Shown: positions 30,493 to 47,481, counted from the first letter of the stretch. The stretch: DNA of 64,000 nucleotides from Candidatus Aminicenantes bacterium (GCA_963727095.1 CAVSEQ010000003.1:194016-258015); one strand, 5' to 3'. Numbers and translations: made by a program. The notes: a model not told the origin generated them from the letters alone.

Positions 30493-33400
30493 ATGCTAAG
30501 AGAAACAAAACATTCGTATCGCGACAGGGTCGACTTTTCGAAGATCAAACAAGTCTTCCCGATGCCCGACCTCCTGGACATCCAGACCCAATCCTATGCA
30601 GAATTTCTGCAGATGGAACTCCTGCCGGAAGAGCGGAAAGAAACCGGCCTGCAGGCCGCTTTTAAGGACGTCTTTCCCATCTCCGATTTCAAGGAAACGA
30701 CGGAACTGGAGTTCCTCAGCTATTCGATTGGGACCTGGGAATGCAAGTGCGGTCGGCTCAAGGGGGTGGAAAACTCCCGCGCCCGATGCAACGCCTGCGG
30801 GACCCTGTTGCCCGCGGACACGGAGCTCACCGAAAAAGAGATCTGTCCCTACTGCAGCGCGATGCGGAAAATCGAAGTCCCCCTCTGCGACCACTGCGGC
30901 GACCGGGTGGGACTCAAGATCAAGTACAATGCCATGGAGTGCATCCAGAAGGGGTATACCTACGCCGTCCCCCTCAAGCTCAAGGTGCAGCTGGTATCCT
31001 GGGAAAAGGACGCCACCACCAAGACCAAACGGCTGAAACACATCAAACAGCAGGAAGTCTATTTCGGCGATATTCCGCTGATGACGGAGAAGGGGACATT
31101 TATCTTCAACGGCATCGAACGGGTCGTGGTCAGCCAGCTCCAGCGCTCGCCCGGAGTGTTCTTCCGGCCCGCCGACAACAAAGGCTTCTTCATCGCCAAG
31201 ATCATCCCCTACCGCGGGGCATGGGTCGAGTTCGAATACGATACCAAGAATATCCTCTGGGTCCGCCTCGACCGCAAGAAGAAGTTCCTGGCGACCGTTT
31301 TCCTCCGGGCCCTGGGGTTCGGATCGGACGAGGACATCCTCAAGCTGTTCTACCGGACGTATAAGGTCATTCCCGAGGACGGGAAGCTGTATTGGGAGCT
31401 TTCGGAGAATCTCGTGGGCAAGACGCCCGCCGACGACATCATGGATGCCAAAGGCAAGAAGGTCCTCGCTCCGGGGAAGAAAAAAATCACTCCGGAGGTC
31501 TTCCAAGCCCTCAAGGATGCGGGCATCGGGCGGCTGCCGCTCCAGAAAAAGGAGCTCCAGGGCGCCTATGCCATGGTCGGCATAAAGGGCAAGGTCCGCG
31601 TCAACGAGGAAATCGGCGACGTTCAGCTCGATCTGCTGATCGGCAAAGCGGAGCCCTTTGAGGTCTTCTTCCCCGAGGAGGACAAGGCTGGACAAATCAT
31701 CTCCGCGACACTCCGCAAGGACCTTCGGAAGGATACAAACCAAGCCCTGGGCGAGATTTACAAGAAACTGAGGCCGGGTGAGCCCCACACCATGGAGAGC
31801 GCCCATAACCTCTTCCATAACCTGTTTTTCAACCCCCAGAAGTACAACTTCTCGCGGATCGGACGCCTCAAGTTCAACATCAAACTCGGCCTGGAAACGC
31901 CGATGGATGAGAAAACGCTCTCGCCCACGGATTACGTCCAGGTCATTTACTACCTCTTGAATCTCCGCTTCGGCGAAGGCATGACCGACGACATCGACCA
32001 CCTCGGGAATCGCCGAGTGCGGTCCGTGGGCGAGCTCGTCGAGAATGCCTTCCGGATCGGCCTGACGCGCATGGAACGGACGATCAAGGAGAAGATGACG
32101 ATCACGGCCGACCTGGCCGCGGCCATGCCTCAGGACCTCATCAATTCCAAGCCGGTGATCGCGGCCCTTAAGGAGTTCTTCGGGAGTTCCCAGCTCTCCC
32201 AGTTCATGGACCAAATCAACGCCTTGGCCGAGATCACGCATAAACGGCGCCTGAGCGCCTTGGGACCGGGCGGTCTCAGCCGTGAGCGGGCGGGCTTCGA
32301 GGTCCGCGATATCCAGACATCCCACTACGGACGGATTTGCCCCGTCGAGACGCCGGAAGGTCCGAATATCGGACTTATTTCGTCCCTCAGTTGCTACGCG
32401 CGGGTCAACGATTTCGGTTTCGTCGAAACGCCTTACCGGAAAGTCAAGAACGGCCGGATCATCGATTACGTCAAAGTCCTCCACCCCGGCAGCACCGGCT
32501 ACAAGGTCGGGGAAATTGTCGAGAAAGACGAGATGGTGAAAGCCGTCGACAAGATCAAAGAGTCCAAGTCCCGGCACGTGCCCATCATCGAACCCCATTG
32601 TTTCTACCTGACCGCCTGGGAAGAGGAAAAATTCAACATCGCCCAGGCTAACGCCCCCGTCGACGAAAAGGGCCGTTTCGTCAATGATCTCGTGAGTGCG
32701 CGGGAACGCGGGAATTTCAAGAACATCCCGAGGGACCAGATCCACTTTATCGATGTTTCACCCAAGCAGCTGGTGTCCCTTTCGGCCGCGCTCATTCCTT
32801 TCCTGGAGCACGACGACGCCAACCGTGCCTTGATGGGGTCGAACATGCAGCGGCAGGCCGTGCCCCTTATCCGGCCCGAGGCGCCCCTCATCGGGACGGG
32901 CATCGAAGACCTGGTCGCGATCGGCTCGGGAGACGTCATCGTCTGCCAGAGGACCGGCGTCGTCGAGTTCGTCGACGCCGAACGGATCCTTGTCCGGGTC
33001 GATGAGAAAGACAATGCGCACAGCTACGAGGTCGGGACGGATTTGTACGTGCTGGTCAAGTTCCTCCGGACCAATCAGAACACGTCGACGAACCACCGGC
33101 CGGTCGTCCGCAAGGGCGATAGAGTCATCAAAGGCCAGGTCCTGGCCGACAGCTCATGCACGGACGGAGGGGAGCTGGCCCTGGGACGCAACGTCCTTTG
33201 CGCTTTCATGCCTTGGCGTGGATACAACTTTGAAGATGCCATCATCGTCAGCGAGCGCCTGATCAAGAACGATATTTTCACCTCCCTCCACATTGTGGAG
33301 GAGACGATCGAGGCCCGCGACACCAAGCTCGGACCCGAGGAGATCACCCGGGACATTCCCAACGTGCCCGAAAATCTGCTCCGCAATCTCGACGAGAACG

Positions 33401-34775
33401 GGATCGTGCGCATCGGGGCCCATGTGAAGTCCGGCGATATTCTGGTCGGCAAAGTCGCTCCGAAGGGGGAGACGCAACTGTCCCCGGAGGAAAAGCTCCT
33501 CAAGGCGATCTTCGGCGAGAAGGCGCTCGACGTCAAAGATGCCTCCCTTTACTGCTCGCCGGGGGTCGAAGGAACGATCATCGACGTCCGCATCTTCTCA
33601 CGCCGCGGCATCGAGAAAGGCGCCCGGGCGAAGGCCATCGAGAAGGACGAGATCGCCAGGATGAAAAGAAACCTGGATGACGAGATCGTCATCATGGAAA
33701 ACGAGAAGTGGCAGAAGGTCCGGGCCCTCCTCAAGGGCGAGGTCGTCGAAAAAGCACAAAAGATCGGCGGGGCGGCCGTGGAAAAAGGGGCCAAACTGAC
33801 CGAAAAGATCCTGGAGGGACTGACCTTCGAAGAGGCCCTGAAGCTTAAGCTGAACGATAACGAAGAGCGCGACAAGGAGATCAAAGACCTTGACAAGAAA
33901 GTCAAGAGGCAGATCGAAGCCCTGCGCGCGGTCTTCAAGGACAAAGTGGAGAATCTGAAGAAAGGGGACGAGCTCGCCCCCGGCGTTATTCAGTCGATCA
34001 AGGTCTTCATCGCCATGAAGCGGAAGCTGTCCGTGGGCGACAAAGTTTCCGGCCGCCACGGGAACAAAGGCATCGTGGCCAAGATCGTCCCTGAAGAGGA
34101 TATGCCTAGACTGCCCGACGGCACCCCGGTGGAGATCGTGCTCAACCCGTTGGGTGTTCCCTCCCGAATGAACGTCGGCCAGATTCTCGAAACGCACGCC
34201 GGCTGGGCCGCCCGGACCCTCAACATGTGGATGTCCACGCCGGTCTTCGACGGCGCCAGCGAGCACGAAATCAAGCTGCTCCTTAAGAAGGCCGGCCTGC
34301 CTGAATCCGGGAAGACGCTGCTCTATGACGGCATGGCGGGGGAAATTTTCGACCAGGAAGTCACCGTTGGTTACATCTACATGATGAAGCTCTATCATCT
34401 GGTCGATGACAAGATCCACGCCCGGTCGACCGGTCCGTACTCGCTCATCACCCAGCAGCCCTTGGGCGGCAAGGCCCAATTCGGCGGGCAGCGGTTCGGC
34501 GAAATGGAAGTATGGGCTCTGGAGGCCTACGGCGCGGCGTTCACACTCCAGGAGCTTCTGACCGTCAAGTCCGACGACGTCGAAGGCCGAGCCAAGATCT
34601 ATGAGGCTATCGTCAAGGGCGACCTCGACTTCACTCCCGGCCTGCCCGAATCGGTCAACGTCCTCATCCGCGAGCTCCAGAGCCTCTGTCTGAACTTCGA
34701 GCTCGAGAAGGGCGAGAAGGAAGAAGTCCTGCCCTGGGGCATCGCCGTTCCCCAGACGACAAAAGGAGAATCCTA

Positions 34776-34776
<1 letters not shown>
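30493..34776 (+). CDS. rpoB: DNA-directed RNA polymerase subunit beta (1427 aa) with ~65-aa Cys8 insertion near the N-terminus
   Basis: Full-length beta conservation ([14 protein letters not shown], rifampicin-region motifs); insertion CKCG...CNACG...CPYC...CDHCG at ~30733-30935. Confidence 0.97.
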
Positions 34777-38924
<4,148 letters not shown>

Positions 38925-38959
38925 ACCAGGGCCGAGGGCTCCGGACCTCCTCAAATTTC

Positions 38960-38988
38960 TTGACAGAGATAGCAATTTTTGCTATTAT
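38960..38988 (+). promoter_or_regulatory. Sigma70-type promoter of the str operon: TTGACA (38960-38965), 17-nt spacer, TATTAT (38983-38988)
   Basis: Near-consensus hexamers ~80 nt upstream of rpsL. Confidence 0.55.
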
Positions 38989-39066
38989 CCACACATTCGT
39001 CCTCGGACTATCTACCGCGGAGGAATAAAGCTACCCTGTGAAATTTGCATAGAGGAGTATTTTTAA

Positions 39067-39453
39067 TTGCCGACCGTTAACCAACTCGTCAGGAATGGCA
39101 GGACGCTGAAGAAGTACAAGAGCAAATCGCCCGCCCTTGAGGCCTGCCCTCAGAAGCGGGGGGTCTGCACGCGCGTATTCACGACAACTCCCAAGAAGCC
39201 GAATTCAGCCATGCGGAAGGTGGCCAGGGTGCGGTTGTCCAACAATATCGAAGTCACAGGCTACATCCCTGGCGTCGGACACAATCTCCAGGAGCATTCG
39301 ATTGTCCTGATCCGGGGGGGCCGCGTTAAGGACTTGCCCGGGGTGCGCTATCATATCATCCGCGGCACCCTGGACTGCGAAGGCGTTCAGAACCGCTTCA
39401 AGGCGCGTTCCCGGTATGGTGCCAAGAGGCCCAAAGAGAAAAAGGCCGCCTGA
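39067..39453 (+). CDS. rpsL: 30S ribosomal protein S12 (TTG start)
   Basis: PTVNQLVR...KKPNSA(L/M)RKV conserved S12 sequence. Confidence 0.95.
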   Translation: MPTVNQLVRNGRTLKKYKSKSPALEACPQKRGVCTRVFTTTPKKPNSAMRKVARVRLSNNIEVTGYIPGVGHNLQEHSIVLIRGGRVKDLPGVRYHIIRGTLDCEGVQNRFKARSRYGAKRPKEKKAA

Positions 39454-39469
39454 TATAAGGAGATCTCCC

Positions 39470-39940
39470 ATGCCGAGACGCGGAATCATCAAGAAAAGAA
39501 AAACGCCTCCCGATTCGTTCTTCAACAGCACCGTTGTCGCCCGGTTCATCAACCTCTTCTTAAGGAAGGGGAAAAAGAGCACGGCCGAGCGCGTCGTCTA
39601 CGGAACGATGGAGATCGTCAAGCAGAAGACGAAGGAAGACCCCCTGAAGATGCTTGAGAAGGCCGTCGATAACGTCCGGCCCACGCTCGAGACAAAGTCA
39701 CGGCGGGTCGGCGGCGCGAACTACCAGGTTCCGATCGAAGTTCCGGCCGGGCGTTCGTTTTCCCTTGGCGTCCGCTGGCTGATCAAGTATGCCACGGAGC
39801 GGAGCGGCAAGAGCATGCAGGAAAAGCTCTCGGCCGAGATCATCGACGCCATCAACAACAGGGGTGGAGCGGTTAAAAAGCGGGAGGACACTCACAAAAT
39901 GGCGGAGTCCAACCGGGCCTATGCTCATTATAAATGGTAA
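39470..39940 (+). CDS. rpsG: 30S ribosomal protein S7
   Basis: MPRRG...ARFINL...KKSTAERV conserved S7 N-terminus. Confidence 0.95.
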   Translation: MPRRGIIKKRKTPPDSFFNSTVVARFINLFLRKGKKSTAERVVYGTMEIVKQKTKEDPLKMLEKAVDNVRPTLETKSRRVGGANYQVPIEVPAGRSFSLGVRWLIKYATERSGKSMQEKLSAEIIDAINNRGGAVKKREDTHKMAESNRAYAHYKW

Positions 39941-39993
39941 TTTGCGGTTAAGAGTTCCTCGGGTGCATTGGTACGATATGGAGAGAATGGTTC

Positions 39994-42093
39994 ATGCGGT
40001 CAACCTCGATCGAGCACGTGCGAAACATCGGGATCATGGCCCATATCGATGCCGGGAAGACCACCACGACGGAACGAATTTTGTTTTTTACGGGTATGAC
40101 CTACAAGATGGGAGAGGTGGACGACGGCACGGCCGTAATGGACTGGATGGTCCAGGAGCAGGAACGCGGGATCACCATCACTTCGGCCGCGACGACGTGC
40201 TATTGGAAGGACCACCGGGTCAATATCATTGACACTCCCGGTCACGTAGATTTCACCGCGGAGGTTGAGCGCTCCCTGAGAGTGCTCGACGGCGCGATAG
40301 CCATACTGTGTGGAGTTGGAGGTGTCGAGCCTCAGTCCGAGACGGTATGGCGCCAGGCCGACAAGTATCGGGTGCCCCGCATCGTGTTCATCAATAAGAT
40401 GGACCGGGTCGGGGCCGATCCCGAGAGGGCCATTCATCAGTTGAAGGCCCGGGTGGCGGCCAACCCCCTGCCGGTCCAGATTCCCATCGGACGGGAAGAC
40501 GGCTTCCGCGGCGTCATCGATCTCGTCGAGAGAAAGGAAATCGACTGGGGTCAGGACATCCTGGGGACAAACTATGTCGTCCGGGATGTCTCGGACGAAC
40601 ATCGTGAGGATGTTGAGAAGAAGAGACAAGAGATGCTGGAAATGTTGAGCGAAACCGACGATGCGCTTTTGCAGAAGTATCTCGACGGCGTCGAAGTGAC
40701 GCCGGCCGAGATCAAGGGCGCCATCCGCAAGGGCACGATCGGTCTGCGCTTTGTTCCGGTGCTCTTCGGCGCTTCCTTCCGGAATAAGGGGGTCCATCCG
40801 CTTCTCGACGCCATTGTCGACTACCTGCCCTCTCCGGCGGACGTTCCGCCCGTCGTCGGCCATCACCCCAAGACCGGCGCGCCGGAAACCCGGCCGGCCT
40901 CGGATGATGCGCCGTTTTCCGCGCTTGTCTTCAAAATCATGAACGACCCGTTCATCGGCAATCTGGCCTATTTCCGCGTCTATTCGGGCAAAGCCAAGGT
41001 CGGGCAGCCGGTCTGGAACTCGGCCAAGAACGAGGAAGAGAAGCTGTCCCGCCTTCTCGAGATGCATGCGAACAAGCGGAAGGAAGTCCGGGAAGTCTAT
41101 GCCGGGGATATCGCGGCCATGGGCTCCATGAAGAACATCGCGACGGGCGATACGCTCTGCCTCAAGAACCATCCTTTGGTTCTCGAATCCATCCGGTTCC
41201 CCGAACCGGTCATCGCGGCGACCATTGAGCCGAAGACCAAGGCCGACCATCCCAAGCTGGCCACGGCCCTTACCAAGCTGACCCGCGAGGACCCGACGCT
41301 GCGCGTGGTTCAAGACCCCATGACCGGCCAAACACTCCTCCGGGGCATGGGCGAGCTCCACCTCGAGATCGTCATGGACCGCCTGGAGCGGGATTTCGGG
41401 GTTCGGGCCAACCTGGGAAAGCCTCAGGTCGCCTACAAGGAAACCATCCAGACCTCCGCCGAAGGAGAGGGCAAGTATGTCCGTCAGGCCGGCGGCCGGG
41501 GAATCTACGGACACTGTGTCCTGGCCATCGAGCCGCTGAAGCGGGGAGCCGGCTACGAATTTGCCGACCGCACGCGCGGCGGAATCATCCCGAGGGAATT
41601 CATTCCGGACATCGAGAACGGTGTGCGGGAAGCGATGGAGTCCGGGATCGTGGCCGGATATCCGCTGACGGACATCAAAGTTGTTTTGCTCGACGGGTCG
41701 TATCATGAAGTTGACTCGACCCCGGTCGCCTATAAAATCGCGGCATCGCTGGCCTTCCGGGAAGCCGCCGGCAAAGCCAACCCGGTCATGCTCGAGCCGG
41801 TTATGAGGCTCGAGATCGTGACACCCGACGACTACTTCGGCGACATCGTCGGCGACATCAATGCCCGGCGCGGGAAAATCGACGGCATGGAGATGCGGAG
41901 CGGCTCGCGGGTGCTCCGGATCCTGGTCCCGCTGGCCGGGATGTTCGGGTACGCGACGGCCCTCCGGACCCTGACCCAGGGACGGGGGGTGTTTTCCCTG
42001 GAGTTTTCCCAATACGAGAAAACCCCGCCCCAGGTTCAGGACGAAATCGTGGCCCGCGTCGAGGGACGCATTCCCCATCGGGATCATGCCTAA
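39994..42093 (+). CDS. fusA: Elongation factor G
   Basis: [21 protein letters not shown]-domain start and five-domain length (699 aa). Confidence 0.97.
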   Translation: MRSTSIEHVRNIGIMAHIDAGKTTTTERILFFTGMTYKMGEVDDGTAVMDWMVQEQERGITITSAATTCYWKDHRVNIIDTPGHVDFTAEVERSLRVLDGAIAILCGVGGVEPQSETVWRQADKYRVPRIVFINKMDRVGADPERAIHQLKARVAANPLPVQIPIGREDGFRGVIDLVERKEIDWGQDILGTNYVVRDVSDEHREDVEKKRQEMLEMLSETDDALLQKYLDGVEVTPAEIKGAIRKGTIGLRFVPVLFGASFRNKGVHPLLDAIVDYLPSPADVPPVVGHHPKTGAPETRPASDDAPFSALVFKIMNDPFIGNLAYFRVYSGKAKVGQPVWNSAKNEEEKLSRLLEMHANKRKEVREVYAGDIAAMGSMKNIATGDTLCLKNHPLVLESIRFPEPVIAATIEPKTKADHPKLATALTKLTREDPTLRVVQDPMTGQTLLRGMGELHLEIVMDRLERDFGVRANLGKPQVAYKETIQTSAEGEGKYVRQAGGRGIYGHCVLAIEPLKRGAGYEFADRTRGGIIPREFIPDIENGVREAMESGIVAGYPLTDIKVVLLDGSYHEVDSTPVAYKIAASLAFREAAGKANPVMLEPVMRLEIVTPDDYFGDIVGDINARRGKIDGMEMRSGSRVLRILVPLAGMFGYATALRTLTQGRGVFSLEFSQYEKTPPQVQDEIVARVEGRIPHRDHA

Positions 42094-42147
42094 CATGAGT
42101 GAGAACGTCATGAACGTTTTAAACAACGCAACGCCAACAGGAGGTGT

Positions 42148-43353
42148 GTGATGGCGAAGGAAAAGTTTCAGAGGACGAAACCCCACGTCAACGTCGGGAC
42201 GATCGGTCACATCGATCACGGCAAGACCACGCTGACCGCAGCCATAACGAAGGTCTTGGCGACAAAAGGCCTGGCCCAGGCCAAGACCTATGATGAAGTG
42301 GCCAAGGCCGACGCCAAGATGTTCCGGCGGGACGCGACGAAGATCCTGACGGTGGCTCTCAGCCATGTGGAATACGAGACGGAGCACCGGCACTACGCCC
42401 ACATCGACTGCCCGGGTCACGCGGACTACATCAAAAACATGATTTCCGGCGCGGCCCAGATGGACGGCGCCGTGCTCGTGGTCTCCGCGGCCGACGGCCC
42501 CATGCCTCAGACGCGGGAGCATATTCTCCTGGCCCGCCAGGTGAACGTGCCGGCCATCGTCGTGTTCATGAACAAGTGCGACCTGGTGGACGACCCCGAG
42601 ATCCTGGACCTCGTCGAGCTCGAAGTCCGCGAACTCTTGACAAAATACCAGTTCCCCGGGGACAAGATTCCGATCATCCGCGGCAGCGCGACAAAGGCCA
42701 TGGAAGACGTCAACGGCGAGGCCGCCAAGCCGATCTGGGACCTGGTCAATGCCATGGATACGTTTATCCCTGAGCCCGTCCGCGAAGTGGACAAGCCGTT
42801 CCAGATGGCCATCGAGGACGTGTTCTCGATCACGGGCCGCGGCACCGTCGTGACGGGCCGGGTCGAGCGGGGCGTCGTCAAGGTCGGCGACGAAGTCGAA
42901 ATCGTCGGACTGCGCGAAACACGCAAGACGATCGTGACCGGCGTCGAAATGTTCCGCAAGCTGCTGGATCAGGCTCAAGCGGGCGACAACATCGGCTGCC
43001 TCCTGCGCGGCGTCGGGAAGGACGAAGTCGAACGAGGGCAGGTCCTGGCCAAGCCCGGATCCATCACCCCGCACCGACGGTTCACGGCGGCGATCTTCGC
43101 GCTGACGAAGGAAGAGGGCGGCCGCCATACGCCGTTCTTTAAAGGCTACCGGCCCCAGTTCTATTTCCGGACGACCGACGTGACGGGCTCCGTGAAGCTT
43201 CCGCCGAACGTCGAGATGGTCATGCCGGGCGACAACGTCACCCTCGAGATCGAACTCATCACCGACGTGGCCATGGAGAAGGCCCTGCGGTTCGCCATCC
43301 GTGAGGGCGGCCGGACCGTGGGCGCCGGAACGGTCGCCGAGATTCTGGAGTAG
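42148..43353 (+). CDS. tuf: Elongation factor Tu, copy 2, with divergent, 5-aa-longer switch-I region
   Basis: [21 protein letters not shown]; residues ~48-72 read [29 protein letters not shown] instead of the canonical [10 protein letters not shown](K/R)xRGITINxxHVEY present in copy 1. Confidence 0.93.
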   Translation: MMAKEKFQRTKPHVNVGTIGHIDHGKTTLTAAITKVLATKGLAQAKTYDEVAKADAKMFRRDATKILTVALSHVEYETEHRHYAHIDCPGHADYIKNMISGAAQMDGAVLVVSAADGPMPQTREHILLARQVNVPAIVVFMNKCDLVDDPEILDLVELEVRELLTKYQFPGDKIPIIRGSATKAMEDVNGEAAKPIWDLVNAMDTFIPEPVREVDKPFQMAIEDVFSITGRGTVVTGRVERGVVKVGDEVEIVGLRETRKTIVTGVEMFRKLLDQAQAGDNIGCLLRGVGKDEVERGQVLAKPGSITPHRRFTAAIFALTKEEGGRHTPFFKGYRPQFYFRTTDVTGSVKLPPNVEMVMPGDNVTLEIELITDVAMEKALRFAIREGGRTVGAGTVAEILE

Positions 43354-43424
43354 GCCGCCGGTTCACGGCCGCCGGCCGGGCGGGCCGGTTATGGGGATGA
43401 TTGAGGAGAACAGAGGAACGAACG

Positions 43425-43742
43425 ATGGAAAAAATCAGAATTAGGCTGCAGTCCTTCGACCACCGTTTGCTGGATCAATCGGTCAAGGATATCGTCGTTA
43501 AAGCGAAGCGAACGGGCGCCAACGTGGCGGGTCCCATCCCGCTGCCGACACGCATACACAGATTTTGTGTCCTCCGTTCTCCGCATGTCGACAAGAAGTC
43601 CCGCGAGCACTTCGAGATGCGCATCCACAAGAGGCTCATCGACATCAGCGAGTACAACAACGAAACGATCGAGGAGCTCCAGAAGCTGGACCTGCCGGCG
43701 GGGATCGATGTCGAGATCCAGGCCTTCGGGACGGGAGAATGA
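43425..43742 (+). CDS. rpsJ: 30S ribosomal protein S10
   Basis: [19 protein letters not shown] conserved S10 start. Confidence 0.95.
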   Translation: MEKIRIRLQSFDHRLLDQSVKDIVVKAKRTGANVAGPIPLPTRIHRFCVLRSPHVDKKSREHFEMRIHKRLIDISEYNNETIEELQKLDLPAGIDVEIQAFGTGE

Positions 43743-44392
43743 TCATGGTGGAAGGACTGATCGCGAAGAAAATCGGAATGAGCCAGGTCTTCGACGGCGC
43801 CGGCAACGTCGTTCCCGTCACGATCCTCAAGGCCGGGCCGTGTACGGTCATCCAGAAGAAGACCAAAGAGAAAGACGGGTACGCTGCGCTGCAGGTCGGG
43901 TTCGTCGAGGAAACGAGCGTCCGCAAGCCGGTCAAGGCTCAGCTCGGGCATTTCAAGAAGTCCGGCATTCCCGTCGTCAGGAAGCTCCAGGAGATCCGCT
44001 ACACCGAACCGCTCGAGATCAAAGAAGGCGATCAGCTTCTCGTCGATATCTTCGAGGTCGGCGAAACCATCCATGTTTTAGGAACGAGCAAAGGCAAGGG
44101 ATTTGCCGGCGTCGTCAAGAGGCACCATTTCGCCGGGGGCGATGCCGCCCACGGCTCCATGTTCCATCGGGCCCCGGGCTCGATCGGGGCCTCGTCATAT
44201 CCGTCCCGGGTCGTCAAAGGGATGCGGATGGGGGGGCATATGGGTGACGACCGGGTCACGGTCCGCAATCTGAAGGTCGTCGAAACCGACAAGGACAACA
44301 ATCTTCTCGTCGTCCTGGGCGCCGTTCCCGGCGGGCGTGGCGGCTACGTCTTTGTCAGGAAAGGCAAGTTCGGCTCTCGGAGCGGCAAATAG
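43739..44392 (+). CDS. rplC: 50S ribosomal protein L3
   Basis: [13 protein letters not shown] conserved L3 N-terminus; ATG overlaps rpsJ stop. Confidence 0.95.
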   Translation: MIMVEGLIAKKIGMSQVFDGAGNVVPVTILKAGPCTVIQKKTKEKDGYAALQVGFVEETSVRKPVKAQLGHFKKSGIPVVRKLQEIRYTEPLEIKEGDQLLVDIFEVGETIHVLGTSKGKGFAGVVKRHHFAGGDAAHGSMFHRAPGSIGASSYPSRVVKGMRMGGHMGDDRVTVRNLKVVETDKDNNLLVVLGAVPGGRGGYVFVRKGKFGSRSGK

Positions 44393-44409
44393 ACGCGAAA
44401 GAGTGCACC

Positions 44410-45030
44410 ATGGGTAAATTGCAAGTATTTAACCAGACAGGAAAACAGGCCGCCGAGATTGACCTGCCGGACAACGTCTTCGCCTATCCGGAAAAAAGCC
44501 ACCTCATCTATGAGGCTGTTCGCAACTATCAGACCAACCAGCGGCAAGGCAACGCAGCGACCAAAACGCGGTCCCTGGTCAGGGGCGGCGGCAAGAAGCC
44601 CTGGCGGCAGAAAGGCACGGGCCGGGCCCGCGCCGGCAGCACCCGCTCCCCCTTGTGGAGAAAAGGGGCGACAACCTTCGGACCGAAGCCCCGGGACTAT
44701 TCGTACGAGCTTCCCAAAAAGGCGCGACGGAATGCCCTTCGGTCCGTCCTTGCGCAAAAACTGGCCGCCAACCAAGTCCTCGTGCTCGACGTCCTGGACA
44801 TCAAAGAGGCCAAGACGCGCGCGGCGGCGGCGCTCCTCAAGACCTTCAACCTGGATTCCGCCCTGATTGTGGACAACCGCGAAAACACGAACCTGTTCCG
44901 CTCGGTCCGCAACCTGCCTCGTGTCATGGCCGTCGACGTCCAGTCGCTCAACGTCTACGACGTTCTCAACCATACGTGGCTGGTCTTCAGCCAGCGGGCC
45001 TTCGCATCCGCTATGGAGAGATTGAAGTGA
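44410..45030 (+). CDS. rplD: 50S ribosomal protein L4
   Basis: [12 protein letters not shown] motif. Confidence 0.95.
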   Translation: MGKLQVFNQTGKQAAEIDLPDNVFAYPEKSHLIYEAVRNYQTNQRQGNAATKTRSLVRGGGKKPWRQKGTGRARAGSTRSPLWRKGATTFGPKPRDYSYELPKKARRNALRSVLAQKLAANQVLVLDVLDIKEAKTRAAAALLKTFNLDSALIVDNRENTNLFRSVRNLPRVMAVDVQSLNVYDVLNHTWLVFSQRAFASAMERLK

Positions 45031-45323
45031 TCAAGAATCCGCAGAGCATCATCCTCAGGCCTGTGATCACCGAAAAGAGCACCATGCTCAAGGACGCCCA
45101 CCGGGTTATTTGTTTCGAAGTGGCCCGCGACGCGAACAAGATCGAGATCAAGAAGGCCGTCGAACAGCTTTTCAAAACCAAGGTCGCCAGCGTCCGCACC
45201 CAGGCGAAATCCGGCAAGGTTCGCCGCGTGGGACGCAATATGGGCAAGAAGAAGGACTGGAAGAAGGCCTTCGTCAAGCTCAAAGAAGGCGAAAAAATGA
45301 TCGAATACTTCGAGGCGGTTTAA
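45027..45323 (+). CDS. rplW: 50S ribosomal protein L23 (GTG start overlapping rplD stop)
   Basis: [10 protein letters not shown] conserved L23 motif. Confidence 0.9.
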   Translation: MIKNPQSIILRPVITEKSTMLKDAHRVICFEVARDANKIEIKKAVEQLFKTKVASVRTQAKSGKVRRVGRNMGKKKDWKKAFVKLKEGEKMIEYFEAV

Positions 45324-45325
45324 AC

Positions 45326-46153
45326 ATGGCGATCAAAACCTACCGACCCATCACACCGGGGCTCCGCCACAGGACCGGCAACCGCTGGGAGGATCTGAGC
45401 GGGGACGGGCCCTATAAACCCCTGCTCAGGCCCCTGTCCAAGTCCGGCGGCCGGGACAGCCGGGGCCACCTCTCGATCCGGAACCGCGGCGGAGGCCATA
45501 AGCAACTCTACCGCATCATTGATTTCAAGCGCGATAAAATCAACATCCCCGGCTTCGTGGAAACGGTCGAATACGACCCCAACCGGTCCTCGTTCATCTC
45601 CCTGGTGAAATATAAAGACGGCGAGCGGCGGTACATCCTGTCCCCCGTGGGCCTAGCGGTCGGCCAGGAAGTCGTTTCCTCGGATGCTCAGGTGGACATC
45701 CTGCCGGGCAACGCCATGCCCCTCCGGTTCATCCCGATGGGCACGGTCATCCATAATATCGAGCTTCGCAAGGACAAGGGCGGCCAGGTCGCTAAGTCGG
45801 CCGGGACCGGTGCACAGATCCTGGCCAAAGAAGGGGACTATGCACAGGTCAGGCTCCCCTCATCGGAGATCCGGAAGATCCATCTGGACTGCCGGGCCAC
45901 GATCGGCCAGATCGGAAACCTGGACCACCAGAACATCAGCATCGGCAAGGCCGGCCGGAGCCGCTGGCAGGGCTGGCGGCCGCATGTCCGCGGCACGGCG
46001 ATGAATCCGATCGACCATCCGCATGGAGGCGGAGAGGGCCGTTCCAAAGGCGGCCGGCATCCCGTGAGCCCAGAGGGCATTCCCACGAAAGGCTACAAGA
46101 CGCGGCGAAATAAGAGGACCCAGGCCTTCATCGTCAGGCGCAGGAGCAAGTAA
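45326..46153 (+). CDS. rplB: 50S ribosomal protein L2
   Basis: [15 protein letters not shown] conserved L2 start, GGGHKQ motif. Confidence 0.96.
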   Translation: MAIKTYRPITPGLRHRTGNRWEDLSGDGPYKPLLRPLSKSGGRDSRGHLSIRNRGGGHKQLYRIIDFKRDKINIPGFVETVEYDPNRSSFISLVKYKDGERRYILSPVGLAVGQEVVSSDAQVDILPGNAMPLRFIPMGTVIHNIELRKDKGGQVAKSAGTGAQILAKEGDYAQVRLPSSEIRKIHLDCRATIGQIGNLDHQNISIGKAGRSRWQGWRPHVRGTAMNPIDHPHGGGEGRSKGGRHPVSPEGIPTKGYKTRRNKRTQAFIVRRRSK

Positions 46154-46155
46154 TC

Positions 46156-46446
46156 ATGAGCAGATCAGTCAGCAAGGGCCCCTTTGTGGACACCCACCTT
46201 CTCGAGAAGGTCCAGGCTCTCGATGCAGCGAGCGGCAAACGGCAAGTGATCAAGACGTGGTCCCGCCGTTCCACAATCATCCCGGAGATGGTCGGCCTGA
46301 CGATCGGAGTCCACAACGGCCGGAAGTTCATCCCGGTTTTTGTGACGGAGAACATGGTCGGGCACAAGCTCGGCGAATTCTCCCCGACGCGCACCTTCCG
46401 GGGCCATACCTCCAAGACCGCCAAGCAACTCAAAGTAGGGAAGTAA
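46156..46446 (+). CDS. rpsS: 30S ribosomal protein S19
   Basis: [11 protein letters not shown] conserved start. Confidence 0.96.
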   Translation: MSRSVSKGPFVDTHLLEKVQALDAASGKRQVIKTWSRRSTIIPEMVGLTIGVHNGRKFIPVFVTENMVGHKLGEFSPTRTFRGHTSKTAKQLKVGK

Positions 46447-46447
46447 C

Positions 46448-46807
46448 ATGAGCGAGCAAAGTCACGTTTCCCACGCCGCCGCGCGGTACGTGCGGATGAG
46501 CCCACAGAAGGGCCGGCTCGTGGCCGACCTCATCCGGGACCGGTTCGTCGGAGAAGCCCTGACAATCCTCCGTTTCAACGAGAAGAAGAAGATCAGCGCC
46601 ATCCTGGAAAAGGTCCTGCGCTCGGCGATCGCCAATGCCCAGCAGAAGACCCCCAACATCGACGTGGACGCGCTTCGCATTGCCGACATCCAGATCAACG
46701 GGGGCCCGTCCTCCAAGCGGGTCCGTCCCGCGCCTCAGGGACGCGCCTACCGGATAATCAAGCGGACCAGCCATGTCCACATTTTTCTAGACGAGAAAGG
46801 GAGATAA
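46448..46807 (+). CDS. rplV: 50S ribosomal protein L22
   Basis: Conserved L22 family, position in S10 operon. Confidence 0.94.
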   Translation: MSEQSHVSHAAARYVRMSPQKGRLVADLIRDRFVGEALTILRFNEKKKISAILEKVLRSAIANAQQKTPNIDVDALRIADIQINGGPSSKRVRPAPQGRAYRIIKRTSHVHIFLDEKGR

Positions 46808-46810
46808 GAC

Positions 46811-47479
46811 GTGGGACAGAAGACACATCCATACGGTTTCCGTCTCGGTTTCAATAAACAGTGGACGTCACGCTGGTTTGCCAAGGGGCCCGAATACGCC
46901 CGGCTCATTCATGAAGACCTGCGGATGAAGAAGGCGATCAAGGAAAAGTACTACCACGCCGGTATCGCCGAAGTGGACGTCGAGAGGGTGGGGCCGAAGA
47001 TCAGGGTCATCATCCATACAGCCCGGCCCGGCATCATCATCGGCCGCGGCGGCAAGGAGATCGAGAGCCTCAAGGGCTACCTCGAGCGGATTGCCAAGAA
47101 GGATGTCTACGTGGATATCCGCGAAGTGGACAAGCCCGAGCTCAACGCCCTTCTTGTGGGCGAGGGGATCGGGGTCCAGCTCGAGAAACGCATTGCCTAC
47201 CGCCGGGCCATGCGCAAGGCCGTGGACATCGCCCTCAAGATGGGCGCCAAGGGCATCAAGGTCATGTGCTCAGGCCGCCTGGGCGGCGTGGAAATCGCGC
47301 GCTCGGAATGGTACCTCAAGGGCCAGCTGCCCCTGCAAACGCTTCGGGCCGACATCGACTATGCCTTCACCGAGGCTTTTACGACCTACGGCCAGATCGG
47401 TATCAAGGTTTGGATCTACAAGGGCACCGTCGAAAAACCGAAGATGAGCTCGCAGATGGCTGAGGTCGAGGAGATTTAG
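46811..47479 (+). CDS. rpsC: 30S ribosomal protein S3
   Basis: [13 protein letters not shown] conserved start, KH domain. Confidence 0.96.
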   Translation: MGQKTHPYGFRLGFNKQWTSRWFAKGPEYARLIHEDLRMKKAIKEKYYHAGIAEVDVERVGPKIRVIIHTARPGIIIGRGGKEIESLKGYLERIAKKDVYVDIREVDKPELNALLVGEGIGVQLEKRIAYRRAMRKAVDIALKMGAKGIKVMCSGRLGGVEIARSEWYLKGQLPLQTLRADIDYAFTEAFTTYGQIGIKVWIYKGTVEKPKMSSQMAEVEEI

Positions 47480-47481
47480 CC

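Noticed and set aside
30496-32745. Long antisense ORFs (e.g. 30496..32745 -, 749 aa; 40000..43128 -, 1042 aa; 3553..5223 -, 556 aa; 7748..9223 -, 491 aa; 33598..34803 -) overlapping rpoB, fusA/tuf, purA/alr, nadA
   Set aside because: Typical stop-poor antisense frames in high-GC DNA; the translations are low-complexity R/G/P/A-rich and lack recognisable domains, while the sense strand encodes highly conserved proteins.
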